This document shows positions 39,941 to 53,975 of a stretch of 64,000 nt of DNA, one piece after another. Below the pieces are notes generated by a model. It was not told the origin of the DNA. It saw nothing but the letters and a program-made list of their open reading frames with translations, and ran no database searches. Position numbers and translations under genes: made by a program. The stretch spans positions 79,422,001 through 79,486,000 of the forward strand of contig NC_043005.1 in assembly GCF_006345805.1 (NCBI RefSeq), given 5' to 3'. Each line of letters starts with the position of its first letter. The first letter of the stretch is position 1. The DNA is from Octopus sinensis (taxonomy: Eukaryota).

Positions 39941-41869
39941 GCTCTTGTGTTTTATTTCTCTGCTTATATCTTATTTTCTTTCTTTTGATCTTCACAATTA
40001 TTACATATGGTTATATTAACACACTGACTTAATGAAACTCAGGTTCTCAGTGCATGAAAAATACAATAACAGAATAAAAAAGAGAAATTATAGGGGATGG
40101 TTCTGGACAAAAGAACAAAAAGGTCTAGCGATAATAAAAAAAGCAAAATACTAACAAGATATATCTAAATAAATAGGAAAAAAAGCACACATGAAAAAAC
40201 AAGACAAAACAAATTACATTTAAACTTGATTATTTGTTTTGATGAAAGAAGCTACGCCAGGTGAGCAATAAGGAAACAATGAACTCGTTCAAGTGTAACC
40301 TTTATAGATTCGGCAGTTGCTTTATCCTCGACTGACGAGTCTATACTCGTCTCTCCATTGTATTGTGTTCATGCTCGTAGCCATTAGAAACGTTTCGGCT
40401 ACCGTAGGCACTATGTGTATGTGTGTGTTTGTGTATGTGTATATGTGTGTGTATATGTGTGTGTGCGCGTGGGTGCATGTATAAATGTACACATGCATAT
40501 ATATAGATATTTATATGTCTGAGTGTATGTGACTGTGTTTATGTATGTACGCATATATTTGAAAATACATGCATTTATAATAATATAAATATACCTATAA
40601 ATATATGTGTGTGTGTATATATAATGTATGTATAATATACATATATATGCACGCATGCGTATATGTATATATATGTGTGTGTGTATGTATATATGCGTAT
40701 ATGTATGTATATATATATATGCATATATATATACATATGTATATGTCTATATGAGTCTGTGTGTGTGTGAGTGTGTGTATGTGTGAGTATGCTGCTAGAT
40801 ATGCAAGTGTACGCCTGTGTGTTAGACATCATAATATTTTGTACCCATTTTCCGTGTATTTCTTGTTATTCATTTTCAGTTTCTTAAACACGTAACAGCT
40901 TCTATATATCATCATCATCATTATCATCATTATTATCACCATTATTATCATCATCATCACATCACCACCGTCAGAATCCTCATCCTCATCATCATCATTA
41001 TTATGATCAACATCGTCATTATACACATATACTCATCGCGAACGTCAACATTACCATCATCATCATCATCATCATCATCATGATCATCACCATCATCATC
41101 ACCACCACCATCATCAGCTTCATCATCATCACACTCCTCTCCTCCTTCTCCCCTCCTCAACCACCTTTGACTCCATTTCCTTCCTCTCCTCCTCCCCCTT
41201 CCGCTCTTCTTCCCCTCTTGCCTCTTTTCAGCCATTTCCTCATTTTGCCCCTCATCATTATTCTCACTCTGTTTTTGCCTTTCATCCATATTCGGGGATT
41301 GATAAAATAACTTCTAGTTGCAAACTGGGGTTGATGTACCCGCAATTCCCCCCCCCCCCCTTCACCGCACCTATAATTACTGTGAGCCTTTTGATGGCAG
41401 AATCGCTAGCATGACAGACAAAATGTCCACGGTATTTCTCCAGTTTTTTATGTTCTATCTTCAAATTCCAATGAAACCAGCTTTGCCTTTCATCGTCTGA
41501 TTAATGAAATAATCACCACTTGAATAATGACGTCGACACAATCAACCAGCCTCCATCTCCAAAATTTCATGCTTTATGCCTATTGCAGAAAGGATTATTA
41601 TTATTGTTTGTCTCCACTTCAACATGGCTGTTCTTTACGAACCACGTTACTACCATCTTTAACCCCCAAAAGAAACCTCTTCTAGCTGGTTTTCGATCAG
41701 AGGAGCTATCCCGTGCTGTCTTCTAGCGACTTGACAGAACCCAGCAGACCGTCCGATTTCATGCTACATTGACCCAGCCTTTGTACTACATTGCTGTACA
41801 CCACTCTGCTAGAAACAGCAGTAGTCCGAACCATCTCGCAATATACAGAAAAATAAATGACAATCAGTT

Positions 41870-42940
41870 ACTGGTCTTGCAACGAGCGAATTAGCAAGTT
41901 AGAAAATCTCTAAGAGTTACTTGGCTGGTCTGTAGAAGAAATCCACGTCACAAACACACAAGATTCTAACCTCAACTGGAAATCTATACTAACATAGTGA
42001 TATCGACAGGCTCTAGCTAAGAAGAGATAAAAGGAAGTAGGGACCTCAGATCAGTGCAGATATCCTTCGAATGTAGTATAGTCTCTCTCAGACAACACTT
42101 GTTAAACAACCTGAATACCAAAAATGACCATGGATCTCCAAAAATTCAGCATATTAAATAAAACCATGCATGGCTGTTTCTCATAGACTTGATGAAGATA
42201 GTAGCATTGACATGAAGCGAAGCCTCCCTTAGACTCATGGCCATTACATCGCATCATACTTCGAAGGCTATGCATATACAATCCAAGAACAAAACATTGC
42301 CACTAAATTCCTAATCAACAAAAGAGAAAATGAAGACATTGGAATTCCAAGGTGCAAATACAAATGAACGTTGTGCCATATTTCTGTGAAAGACATCACT
42401 CATGCGATTAGAAGATGCCTCAAAATGTCATTAAGGTACTAGCTCCCTATAGGATATGACGTTGTCGCAAAAAAATATATAATGCCATTCAGCAAAAAGC
42501 CTGTCCTGGAATAAATATATAGATTTCACCTATCCCTGAATACGTACACAAATACCTACACATTTTCATCAAAACATCTGTAAAATGTAAATATAACAGG
42601 CCAGATGGTGATGTTTGGGGCAAAAAAAGAAAAAGTATGCACTGTCACAGAGGTCAGCTGCGCCGTTGATGTGAGTATCTCTTTGAAAATGAAAGAGAAA
42701 GAAGATAAGTATGAAGAACTGTTTCGAAACCTGCAGCTTCTATATCAGGATTAGAATATATATATTTATACTAATGCTGGTTGGAACACTTGGTTTTCTA
42801 AGTAAATGCCTAACGGTCAGTCTGGATAAACTAGGACTTTCAGTAAAAGGAATCATCCAACTGATTTGCACATCAGAAAAACAATCTGTATGTGCAACAG
42901 TAATATTTTGGAAGACTTTCTCGGGATTAAAACGTGACAT
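41870..42940 (+). pseudogene. R4/Dong-type (RLE) non-LTR retrotransposon, decayed C-terminal half
   Basis: LTSTGN...SDIDRL...DLRSVQISFEC, EGYAYTIQEQNIATK, CCHC-like CH...DITHAIRRC, NRPD...EVSC...EKEDKY, LVGTLG. Confidence 0.8.
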
Positions 42941-43070
42941 TTATTTCGTTTTCTTCATTCCAAAGAAGCAACTTAATATTTTTGTTACAAACCAACAAAC
43001 CAGCATCTTCTTCAGAGGAAGAATATAAATATGTACACACACACACACACATACACACATACATACACAC

Positions 43071-43106
<36 letters not shown>

Positions 43107-43135
43107 ATCTATGTGTGTGTGTGTATATATATATG

Positions 43136-43423
43136 GAAGCGCAATGACCTAGTGGTTAGGGCAGCGGACTCGCGGTCGTAGGATCGCGGTTTCGATTCCC
43201 AGACCGGGCGTTGTGAGTGTTTATTGAGCGAAAACACCTAAAAGCTCCACGAAGCTCTGGCAGGGGGTGGTGATCCCTGCTGTACTCTTTCACCACTCTT
43301 TCTCCCACTCTTTCTTCTGTTGGCCTGCTCGCTTAGCCAGCGAGGTGGCGTCATTCGAAGGCTAAAACAATGCGAACGCATTGTGACCAGCGATGTGTAA
43401 CTACATCTGATGGACTGGTCGGT

Positions 43424-43430
<7 letters not shown>
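43136..43430 (+). mobile_element. SINE family C, full length
   Basis: A box TGACCTAGTGG, B box GGTTTCGATTCC; ends GGTCGGTCACGTGA followed by (TA)n. Confidence 0.88.
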
Positions 43431-43454
<24 letters not shown>

Positions 43455-43958
43455 CAGACATAACAGAAATAAATAGACGCACTTATAATCATTAAAATTT
43501 ATTTAAATCTGAAATTATACATTCAAATTAATTATTAATAGGTATAACGTGACATCTGATATTTAGTAGACATACCCTTTTCATTTCTCAATGCAAGGAC
43601 CCTATTAGGCATGTTACTGATCAGATGACGAATATTCTCTTGCGGAATTTCTTGCCAAACTTCATGTAGTAATCTCAAACGATCAGGTTTTGACTATGCT
43701 TTCTTGTTCTTTTTATGAAGTGTCCTGTCCATTACGTCCCAGGAGTGTTCAACCGTGTTCATATCTGGTGACTGGCTTGGCTATGGAACCTTTTTTAATG
43801 TCATTCTCAGCCAACAAGTCTTTGATCAGCTTAGCCTTGTAGTAAGGAGCTCCATCTTCCATAAATAAAGTGTCTTTAAAATATAAAATAAAAAATATAA
43901 ACTTTTACAAGTTAAAAGCGATGTTTTATGGAACGTCTATTTACTTCTGCCATGTGTG
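43455..43958 (-). mobile_element. Internally deleted Tc1-type element
   Basis: Imperfect 25-bp TIRs (43455-43479 and 43934-43958); interior minus frame FMEDGAPYY...SQSPDMNTVEHSWD...EVWQEIP...LISNMPNRV, a DD34E-type C-terminus. Confidence 0.85.
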
Positions 43959-44860
43959 TGTGTGTGTGTATAAGCTGAGGTTCATGGCTTTGTGGTTAGA
44001 GTATTGGACTCGTGATTATAAAATTGTGGTTTCGATTCCTGGACTGAACAATGCATTGTGTTCTGGAGTAAAACATTTTATGTCACATTATTCCAATCGA
44101 CCCAGCTGGAAAAACTGAATAACCCAGCGACGGACCGGTTCTAGAAAATCCAGCAAACCGACTCTAGGAGTCTATATAGCTAGCGAATGAACACTCATGC
44201 TTGACTGTTAAATCCACAAGGTATTTTATCCTATCTTTCTCTGTTTATTTTCTCTTATTCCTTTTTACTGAAGTGCGTAGGTTCGAAACGTAAAAGACTT
44301 TCTCATTTTCCCGAGCGTCAAACTGATACACTTGCTGTCTGTTCATACACCTGTCTTTAAATTTCAACTATATATTAGGGAGATGTTTGTAACTTACGTG
44401 TACGTGTGCCTGTGCGCTCGTGTTTTAGTGCCTCTTGTCGAGTTTTCTTATATATCGGAGTGTTTATACACAGACACACACACACACAATCACATATACA
44501 CGCACAAACACACACAAACACGCAGAAACACAATCACACACACGCACACACACGCACACACATACATATACTTATATATATATGTGTGTGTATTTCTATA
44601 TGCGATTGCATATACGCACTACGCACACTCTCACATGCGCGCAGGCCTCCACACACAAGCACACACACACACAAATATATAATATATATATACACACACA
44701 CATACTCCCACCACTACCACACTCAGATATATATATATAAGTGTATGTATATATATGTATATATATGTACAAATATATATATACACATATATATATATAT
44801 ACATATACATACATATATACATATATATACATATATACATATATATACGTATATATATAT

Positions 44861-44967
<107 letters not shown>

Positions 44968-44997
44968 TATATATATATAGATATATATATATATATA

Positions 44998-45030
<33 letters not shown>

Positions 45031-45302
45031 CTGTGTGTATGCGTGTACAGTGTACGCATATACCGTTCGTAAACATGCATACGTACAAACATAATTATTT
45101 GTATCAGAATCCGCGGACAACAGCGTTTTAAAACTTTATTTTCAAGTCTTAATAATTCAACAGAAGAACCAGCATGAGGGGGGTGGGTGGAGAGGATTTT
45201 TCGAAGACATCAAGCAGAGATTGTAAAATAAAATAGAACTTGAAAATAAAATCGAAACTCAAAACCATATACACCATATAATAAGATATATGTATATACA
45301 AA

Positions 45303-45375
<73 letters not shown>

Positions 45376-46509
45376 ATATATATATGTGTGTGTGTGTTTA
45401 TATGTGTGTGTGTAAGTAGTTTTTTGTATAATTAGTGAAGAATAGACCAAATGAGTTTAGAAAACTGTAGGAATCAGTGAGATACAGGAATTCAGAAATC
45501 AAGACGTATTTTCTATACATCAGAAGCAACGAATATAACAAAAAGAAAAAACTATATGAAAGGAATTTAAGAATTTCTTCAAATAAAAAATATAGATGAT
45601 AATAATAATAAGAAGAAGAAGAAGAAGAAGAAGAATGATAATAAGAATAATAACAACAATAATGATAATAGTTTGAAGTTATAGAATAATGATCATGATT
45701 GTAATGAAAACAATGATAATGATGATGATGATGACGAGGAGGAGGAGGAGGAGGAGGATGTTGATGATTACAATAACAACAGCAAAAACAACAACAGCAA
45801 CAATATTAATAATAATTGTCCCTTGACGTCTTTGATTGTGACTTGGGCGCAGCTTATATAAATTAAAGCAAAAGAAATACGGCAACAATAATAATAATGA
45901 TAACAAACGAACGAACGAAAGAAAGAAAGAAAGGAAGAATACTGAAGGAATCTAGTAGGAGAGTCATTAAAAAATTTTACAACGAGATAAAATATCCAGG
46001 GATTTCGGCAAAAAAATTCATAATAATGATAATCTAGTGGAATGCATATGAGATGAAAATCGCTACAGGCACGTAAAAAAGATGGTTTAATGTTAATCAT
46101 ATAATCATATATCGTGCGATGGCGGAGGTCTTGATGAATTTAACTATGTACGTGTGTATATACGTCTGTGTGTGTATTAGTGTATGTATGTACCTGTATG
46201 TATATTTCTGTGTTTGTGTGGTGAGAGAGCGAGAGAAGGGGGGAGGAGAGACGGAGATGTGGGAGATGGATTACTAGTGTCTAGACAAAATTCTTTAAAT
46301 TGTAGTTGATATATAGCCGTTCCTGTTCGTTTTAAATATGAATAGAAATAAATCACCGTGTGATATTTTTGATATATACAGTATATGTTTAATACATGTT
46401 GACTATATAAATACTTTACATATGTAGTTCCAATCATACATATACATATATATATATATACACACATATATATATATATGTATATACATATATATATATA
46501 TATATTATA

Positions 46510-46548
<39 letters not shown>

Positions 46549-46594
46549 TAGATAGATAGATAGATATAGATAGAGATATTTATATACTTATATA

Positions 46595-46652
<58 letters not shown>

Positions 46653-47654
46653 ATAAGTATAAACTATATATACGTATATAAGCAGATAGACGCATTGTAT
46701 TTTGTATATACTTATATATTTGTACATGTTTGCGTGTACATACGTATATATGTGTATATATATATGTGTGGGGTGTTTGGTTGTGAATTTATATATGTGT
46801 ACGTAAGATCTCACTAGGTGTATATGGTATTCCATCTATACATGCTTATACTCATACATATACATGTGTGCATAGTATAATTTTGTAGGTGTGCATATAC
46901 ACATCCACGTAACAATATACATAATACAGCGCCATTCTCTCTAGTTAGTCAACCCCCTTTACAAATACACACAAACTCAAATACACACATTGAAAAGTAT
47001 ACTATATGCTGAAGTTTCACCTGGGAGTTGGGGATTGAAAAACCTTTATTCGACCCAGAATATTTTCCGTTGTATATTATACATAACTCTACTCCATAGC
47101 CATACTGACATTAGCAACATGAAAAAAATTAATGAGAACTCGGGAGCGTTGCGCTGTCACTTTATCTGCAGCTAAATCTATTTCTAATCACAGTCTACTA
47201 TCTTTAAATTTAAGGAAGCCTTATATGCGTTCTTATGTAAAACATGTTGGAAAGAAAGAAAAAAATGACGAGATAGTCGCAGTTGCTATGCCTTTTCAAT
47301 TATAACTTTTCTTCTTGATGTGAACTGACCTAACGCTAAACATCCACAATGAAAAATTATAGGAACATCTATATCGTTGTTCCAGCTCCAATTTATTTTA
47401 AAACATGCTAGCGTTATACGTAATCAAGCACACATAAGATAGCGCTATCATTTTATCATTTCTTTAAAAAATTAATGAATTTTTCCAATGTCTTTGATTA
47501 CGGATCTGCTCTGTCGTAGTTGACAGGGTGTTGCATTACCAGATCAAGAACACTGACAACTAGGTTAAATTTCACTCATCTGAAGCAATACTTGTTGGGA
47601 ATTGAGAGAACGTGGGTTACGTTTAGTATGCGGAACGATCCCACAAATACACAA

Positions 47655-47865
47655 AAGAAACTTTCTTATTTCTTTATTGCCCACAAGGGGATTTCGTCGA
47701 TTACATCAACCCCAGTGCGAAACTGGTACTTATTTAATCGACTCCGAAAGGATAAAAGGGAAAGTCAACCTCGGCGGAATTTGAACTCAGAACGTAGAAG
47801 CAGATGAAATACTGCTAAGCATTTCGGTCGGCGTGCTAACGTTTCTGCCAGCTCGCAGCCTTCAT
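47655..47865 (-). mobile_element. SINE family A
   Basis: TTTCTTTATTGCCCACAAGGGG...GAAAGGATAAAAGG...GAATTTGAACTCAGAACG...CTGCCAGCTCGC. Confidence 0.85.
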
Positions 47866-48473
47866 AAGAAACTTTCTCTTTGTTTTGTAATTGGTCCCAA
47901 ACATTTTTCTATGAGGCAAAGACGCTCTATTAGCTGCAGAAGAACATCATTATTCATAGTCTTTCTATACTCTGTTAACGTCATCTATATTTCAGGGACG
48001 TCATTGTACACCGTCTGAAGAGAAACAAGGCTCACGAAAATGTATGTTCTCCCAGGAAACTTTGCTAAGGGATAAACCTACACATATTCCCTTTATATTG
48101 CATTTTAGAACTCAAAGATTTCTCTCTCTTCATCCATTCTTGCTTTACGTCTCGCAACCAAAAGTTTCGTAATGTACTTATAAAACATTTTCGATGAAAA
48201 ATCCCCGAGTATACCTAATTAGGAAATAGTAAGGGGAGTAGATATGTCTCATTTTTATCGAGCTTGTGTTAGTAAGATGCTTATTTTTGTAGAGTCTTTT
48301 GGTGAGTCTTATTCCCTAGTAATGGAGTATCATCCTAGCAAGGTTAATCTACTTAACCTTGCTAGGTATATAGCTAGGTGATCATTGACATGCTTTTCTT
48401 TACGGACAATTTAAACTTAATCCATTTAGAACAAGATGTAACTCGTCAACACAGGGCAAATCTCTCGGTTTAC

Positions 48474-48507
<34 letters not shown>

Positions 48508-49290
48508 GCACATAGACGCACAAACAGATATGCATGCACGCTTTCACATACATACATACATACATACATACATACATACAAACATACATACAAACATACA
48601 TGCATACATACATACATATATGTAGGTAAAAGTAAAAACTTACTATAGACAAGGCTGCGTGACGTTCGATTGTAAATCAATAAATCTAAAATACATCGAG
48701 TACAGGACATCAACGAGTAAAGAATACATAAACACACGAGCGATAAGTGCAGGACAAAATACCCCCCAAATATACAACAGGAACAGAACATCACCTACGA
48801 GTGAAAAATACTCATTACGTGTTTACGTATTTTTCACTCGTTGGTGATGCCCTGCATTTGATTGTGTGTATATATAATTAAGATTCGGTTGAATTAGGTA
48901 CTTAAATTGAGGTACCAAACCAGTTCGGTATAAATCATGCAGCTCGAAATTAGGTGAATAAAAAGCAAATAAGTAACAAGGATGTCCAAGTATCAGTGCA
49001 TTACGGTCGTTTCAGGCAACTCCATTTAATCGATCACTGAATACATTAAATCACTTTGAAATAAACCGTTCTTGCCGGAAGCAGACGACCATATCGATTA
49101 CCAACATAAAGGATAAACCATTATTTTGTTTTTTAGCAAATGTCCATCAGTACAAGAGACTAAAAGAATAACTTTGTTCTCTCTTGCTATTTTTCTCGCA
49201 GAATGAATTTAGGGGGAAAATGTATATCTAAGGCCCACTATAAGTTAGAGTGGCATATATATCTATTATTTATTTATTTATTTATTACAT

Positions 49291-49550
49291 AAAATAAGGT
49301 ACTCAGAGATCTGGATGGTTGTACATTTACAGAATTTTATTAATATATCACATGTTTTTATAAATCATATATTAGCGCTTGCATCTACTCTAGTAAGTTC
49401 TTCAGATGTCTTCTTAATTCTTCATAATTTCAAATCTGAAGAATCTATTAGAGTAGATGCAAGCGCGAATATATGATTTGTAAAAACATGTGACATATTA
49501 ATAAAAATCTGTAAATGTACAGCCATCCAGATCTCTGAGCAACTTATTTT
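49291..49550. mobile_element. Fold-back/MITE-like element, about 117-bp arms with 26-bp spacer
   Basis: 49291-49407 versus the reverse complement of 49434-49550, about 11 differences. Confidence 0.8.
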
Positions 49551-49586
49551 TTCTAATATATAATACCTGTACATCACATCCAAACC

Positions 49587-49624
<38 letters not shown>

Positions 49625-50309
49625 CATACATGCATACATATACATATATTTATACATGTGTGTTTCTGCGCGCACACACACAAAAATCTTACAGAAGTCA
49701 TTCGTATTTTTTAGATAATTCCATAAATCCGCTTTCGGCTTCTATGAATGTTTCCGTGCGGCACCAGAATAGAATCTTGAAATGTCTGCATCAAATATTT
49801 GTTATTCATTTCAGCCATCACCTGAACATCGTCTGGCTTTAATGAAGCCGTGTCATTCTGAATATTTATGCCGGTTTCCCTCTACCAACGCTCCAATCCT
49901 ATATAGTCTATAAGATTTGAATCTGATAAATTTTGAATTCACATATATTGTGTTATATGATCGTAAATATCATCTAACAGATATCAATTCTTTGGATGCC
50001 TTGGTTTATGAGAAGGCGCTGCGCCTTGTTGAAACAAGTTATAACGTTTCACTACGGATTTCATCTATCCGATACTTGAACGTTTGCGGCAGCATTAATT
50101 TTACGGTCCCGTGAAAAGATGTCTGATGGCATGATATAACATTCATTATTCACCACTCCTGAAACCATCACAATTGCAGAAAATATAGTATGCTTCATTC
50201 GTAGGACATCAGAAGAAGCGGCAGGTAACCGTTTGTCATTTCACTCGTGAGATTTTAAATTTTAGTTGAATTTTTTCTCATCAAAGTAGGTGAGGCTACG
50301 AGGTAAGTA

Positions 50310-50670
50310 AGTTGCTTACGAACCACGTGGTTCCGAGTTCAGTCTACTGCGTGACACCTTGGGCAAGTGTCTTCTACTATGACCTCGAGCTGACCAAAGC
50401 TTGTGAGAGAATTTGGTAGACGGATACTGAAAGAAGCCCGTCGTATATATGTACATATATGTGTATGTGTGTGTATATGCTTGTGTGTCTGTTTGTCCCT
50501 CCAACATTGCTTGACAACCGATGCTGATGTGTTTACGGCAAAAAGAGGCCGATAGAATAAGTACTAGGCTTACAAAGAATCAGTCCTGCGGTCGATTTGC
50601 TCGACTAATGGCGGTGCTCCAGCTTGGCCACAGTCAAATGACTGAAACAAGTAAAAAGAGAGAGTAAAGA
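50310..50670 (+). mobile_element. CORE-type SINE family B
   Basis: GGTTCCGAGTTCAGT...CACCTTGGGCAAGTGTCTTCTACTAT...GGCGGTGCTCCAGCTTGGCCACAGTCAAATGACTGAAACAAGTAAA. Confidence 0.88.
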
Positions 50671-50719
50671 GTAAAGTAAAAACAAGCATGCTACGTTGTG
50701 AAGGTATTTAACCCTGTAA

Positions 50720-51080
50720 ATCACTCGTCTGTCACAGACTAAACACGTATTCCTGTGTCTTTGCAAACCTGAATTTTCCTCTCGTTTATATGGGTTGTCC
50801 TTGGGCACCACAGTTCTTGATAATCCGCTCCCACACTTGAAGTTATTCGGCAATGACTCTCGTTGGTTTCCCAGGATCATCATGGATAATGTTTTGGGAT
50901 CTTTGGGGGCAATTACAGAGTTTTTCTTTCTTTATACATTCGGAACATTTTCGCTGAAATTCGTGTGCAAAAGGTTTTGCAGTATTTAGAACGTTGAAAA
51001 TCAAGTCGCTGTGTTGTACACACATGGCAACAATGATTTTATGCCTCTTAATTTCTTTTTACAGTTCTGTATGGCATGGA
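50720..51080 (-). pseudogene. Decayed Tc1/mariner-superfamily (maT/DD37D-like) transposase N-terminus
   Basis: KEIKRHKIIVAM...HSDL...IIHDDPGKPTRVIAE*LQVWERIIKN resembles the HTH region of such transposases. Confidence 0.6.
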
Positions 51081-51623
51081 GGACCTGAAAGTAATAAAAG
51101 CCTTTAAATTGGTTTGAAGACAGAAAGATGCTGCTAAGTGTACATTTATATCTACATCATTGTGTGTGTATGGATGTATGCAGGTGTGTATGCGTGCATG
51201 TATGTATATATAGATAAATAGAGAAGGAAGGAGAGATAATTACACACACACACACACACACACAAGCACACACATACACACACAAACACGCACACATACA
51301 TATTTATATATACAGCAGTACCACAAAATCCTTTGAGTGCTTTTAGTAAATGAGAAGATTACACCAAGGGAAGATGAAAGAAAATAAATTGGCTTCTACA
51401 CACACATACGCACAGACACGCACACACACACGCACACATACACACACACATACACACATATATATATATGTATGTATATAATGAATAGGTCCCTATGTTC
51501 AGGTTGAACAAAAAGTGTACTCCATTTGCCGAGAGTAAATATTGTTTTTGTGAACACCCAACATGTATGGCCCACGCTACCAAATGTTTCACGCACATGG
51601 AACCCGTGTATTCAATTGTATAC

Positions 51624-51670
<47 letters not shown>

Positions 51671-52503
51671 GTGTGTGTGTGTGTGTGTGTGTTGTGTGTG
51701 TGTGTGTGTCTGTGTGTGTGTATGTGTGTGTGTGTTTGTGTGTGTGTGTGGATGGGTATTGCTCCATCTTCACAAATGACCGCCGTCTCGTTATGCTTCT
51801 ATGTTATATCTGCCTTTTTGTCCATTGTTTCTCAGATGATTATTCAGTCTCGCTGGAAGGTTGAATGCCTTGAAACGTAGATGACTGACGACAGAAATAA
51901 CAGACCGTGCGCTTCCAACTGGTTAGATCTTCGCAAGTTCTTTTTCCACATATCCAATGCCAAAAAGAATTTTAGTAGATGGAATGCGGAATGACATCGC
52001 CATAAAGAAACATCTTGCATATCATTGGATTAAGGAGATTAACACTTGTTTAACAGAACTACTACTCTCTGAGTCTCTGGGATTAGTACCTGGTAGTAGG
52101 CCGAAGCTAGATGTGTAGTAATCACATGAATAGCAGGTTTTATAACCAAGTGCCCTCTCCTAGAAGGTTGATGTGGGTCCCTCACTTCTCAAAATACAGG
52201 AACTTCCGAACCAGAACTTCATTGCTGGATGCATATCCAGGACATATACATACATATATACATTCTTCTACATAAATTTATATACGTATATATATTTACA
52301 CTTAAACACACACACACACATATATATATATACATATATACTTACATATATACATATACATATATATGAGTATGTGCGTGTGTGTGTGTGCTTATATATT
52401 CGTATATATATATATAAACTTACACACATATGTACACATACACATACATACATCCATAAAGACAGAAGGAGAGAAACAGAGACAGATAGACAGATAGATT
52501 GGC

Positions 52504-52576
<73 letters not shown>

Positions 52577-53178
52577 TGATAAGTGATGTCTGAACAAAAA
52601 AGATGTCTGAATTTGTTCAAAACGATAGCCATGAATATGTCGGAAAATATATGCTTGATGAAATCTGAAGATGGCGGAATCAAATATTTATGATGCAAGA
52701 AACTTCATTAAAATAAGGAAATAATAAACAACAAAACAAAAACAAATTAGAGATTGTTTATAATTATTGCAATGTCCTAACTATGTCTTTCATCTTTATT
52801 TATTAAATGTTTAAAATTCACCAAGCTGTTGTCTGCCGAATAAAATATGTACATAAAACCTTGTAAATGTATAAAGAAATATGTTTTTAAAATGCATCGC
52901 ATCAGCATACGATATACAATAGAAATTTAACGTAATCTGCATATAAAAAATATCAGCTTACAATAAATAGTACTAAAAAAATAGTCTGGAATTATTGTGG
53001 TGTTAATATCCATAATAACGTTATAAGTAGCGAGACGGAGGAATAATGATTACAGAAGTGTTGGAATAAATGGTTTTTCTTTTTTTTTTCTTGTAGTAGT
53101 TGTGGGTGAGAGTGGAGTGCTGATAGCTGTGGTACAAGTAGTTGTCGTGGTGAAGTGATGGTGGTGGCTGTGGTGTCG

Positions 53179-53218
<40 letters not shown>

Positions 53219-53294
53219 AAATATATTTAGTAGTAGTAGTAGTAGTAATAGTAATGGTGGTGGTGATGGTGATGGTGGTGGTAGTGGTGGCGAC

Positions 53295-53329
<35 letters not shown>

Positions 53330-53562
53330 CAGTAGTAGTAGTTAGAGGAGGAGGAGTTGTGGTTTTCTCTTATCTTTTATTGAATCAAACTTTGATAGAG
53401 CAAACTTATGATTAATAAGTTCCAGCCATGACCATCTCAGAAAGTTTGAGTAACACAGTTTAACTGAGAGTACATTATTTAATGTGACCTTTTTTCTGTT
53501 TTTAAGGTATGACCTGTCTTTAATCCCCAGGAGAGACCTGACTAAGCAGACTTCAGCTAAGA

Positions 53563-53975
53563 TACTCTTTTACTCTTTTACTTGTTTCAGTCATGCGACT
53601 GTGGCCATGCTGGAGCAGCGCCTTTAGTCGAGCAAATCGACCCCAGGACTTATTCTTTGTAAGCCTAGTACTTATTCTATCGGTCTCTTTTGCCGAACCG
53701 CTAATTTACGGGGACGTATACACGCCAGCATCGGTTGTTAAGCGACGTTGGGGGACAAACACAGACACACAAAGATATACACACACACATACACATACAT
53801 ATATATACATATATACGATGAGCTTGTTTCAGTTTCCGTCTACCAAATCCACTCACAAGTTTTGGTCGGTCCGAGGCTATAGTAAAAGACACTTGCCTAA
53901 GGTGCCAATCAGTGGGACTAGACTCGGAACTATGTGGTTCGTAAGCAAGCTACTTGCCACACAGCCACTCCTACG
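53563..53975 (-). mobile_element. CORE-type SINE family B, full length
   Basis: Colinear with 1462-1960; further partial copies at 54190-54370 and 54630-54800. Confidence 0.9.

Noticed and set aside
40328-40420. CTGACGA plus GACGAGT/ACTCGTC hairpin and a downstream GAAACGTT
   Set aside because: The spacing between the boxes does not give a coherent hammerhead fold.
43136-43210. Possible tRNA gene
   Set aside because: A and B boxes are present, but there is no proper cloverleaf and it continues into a SINE body seen three times.
47996-48041. Plus-strand 46-nt exon candidate (TTTCAG...AAT|GTATGT)
   Set aside because: It overlaps a CTGAAGAG...GGCTCACGAAAATGTA motif resembling the dispersed hammerhead-like repeat, lies on the opposite strand to the other candidates, and has no supporting evidence.
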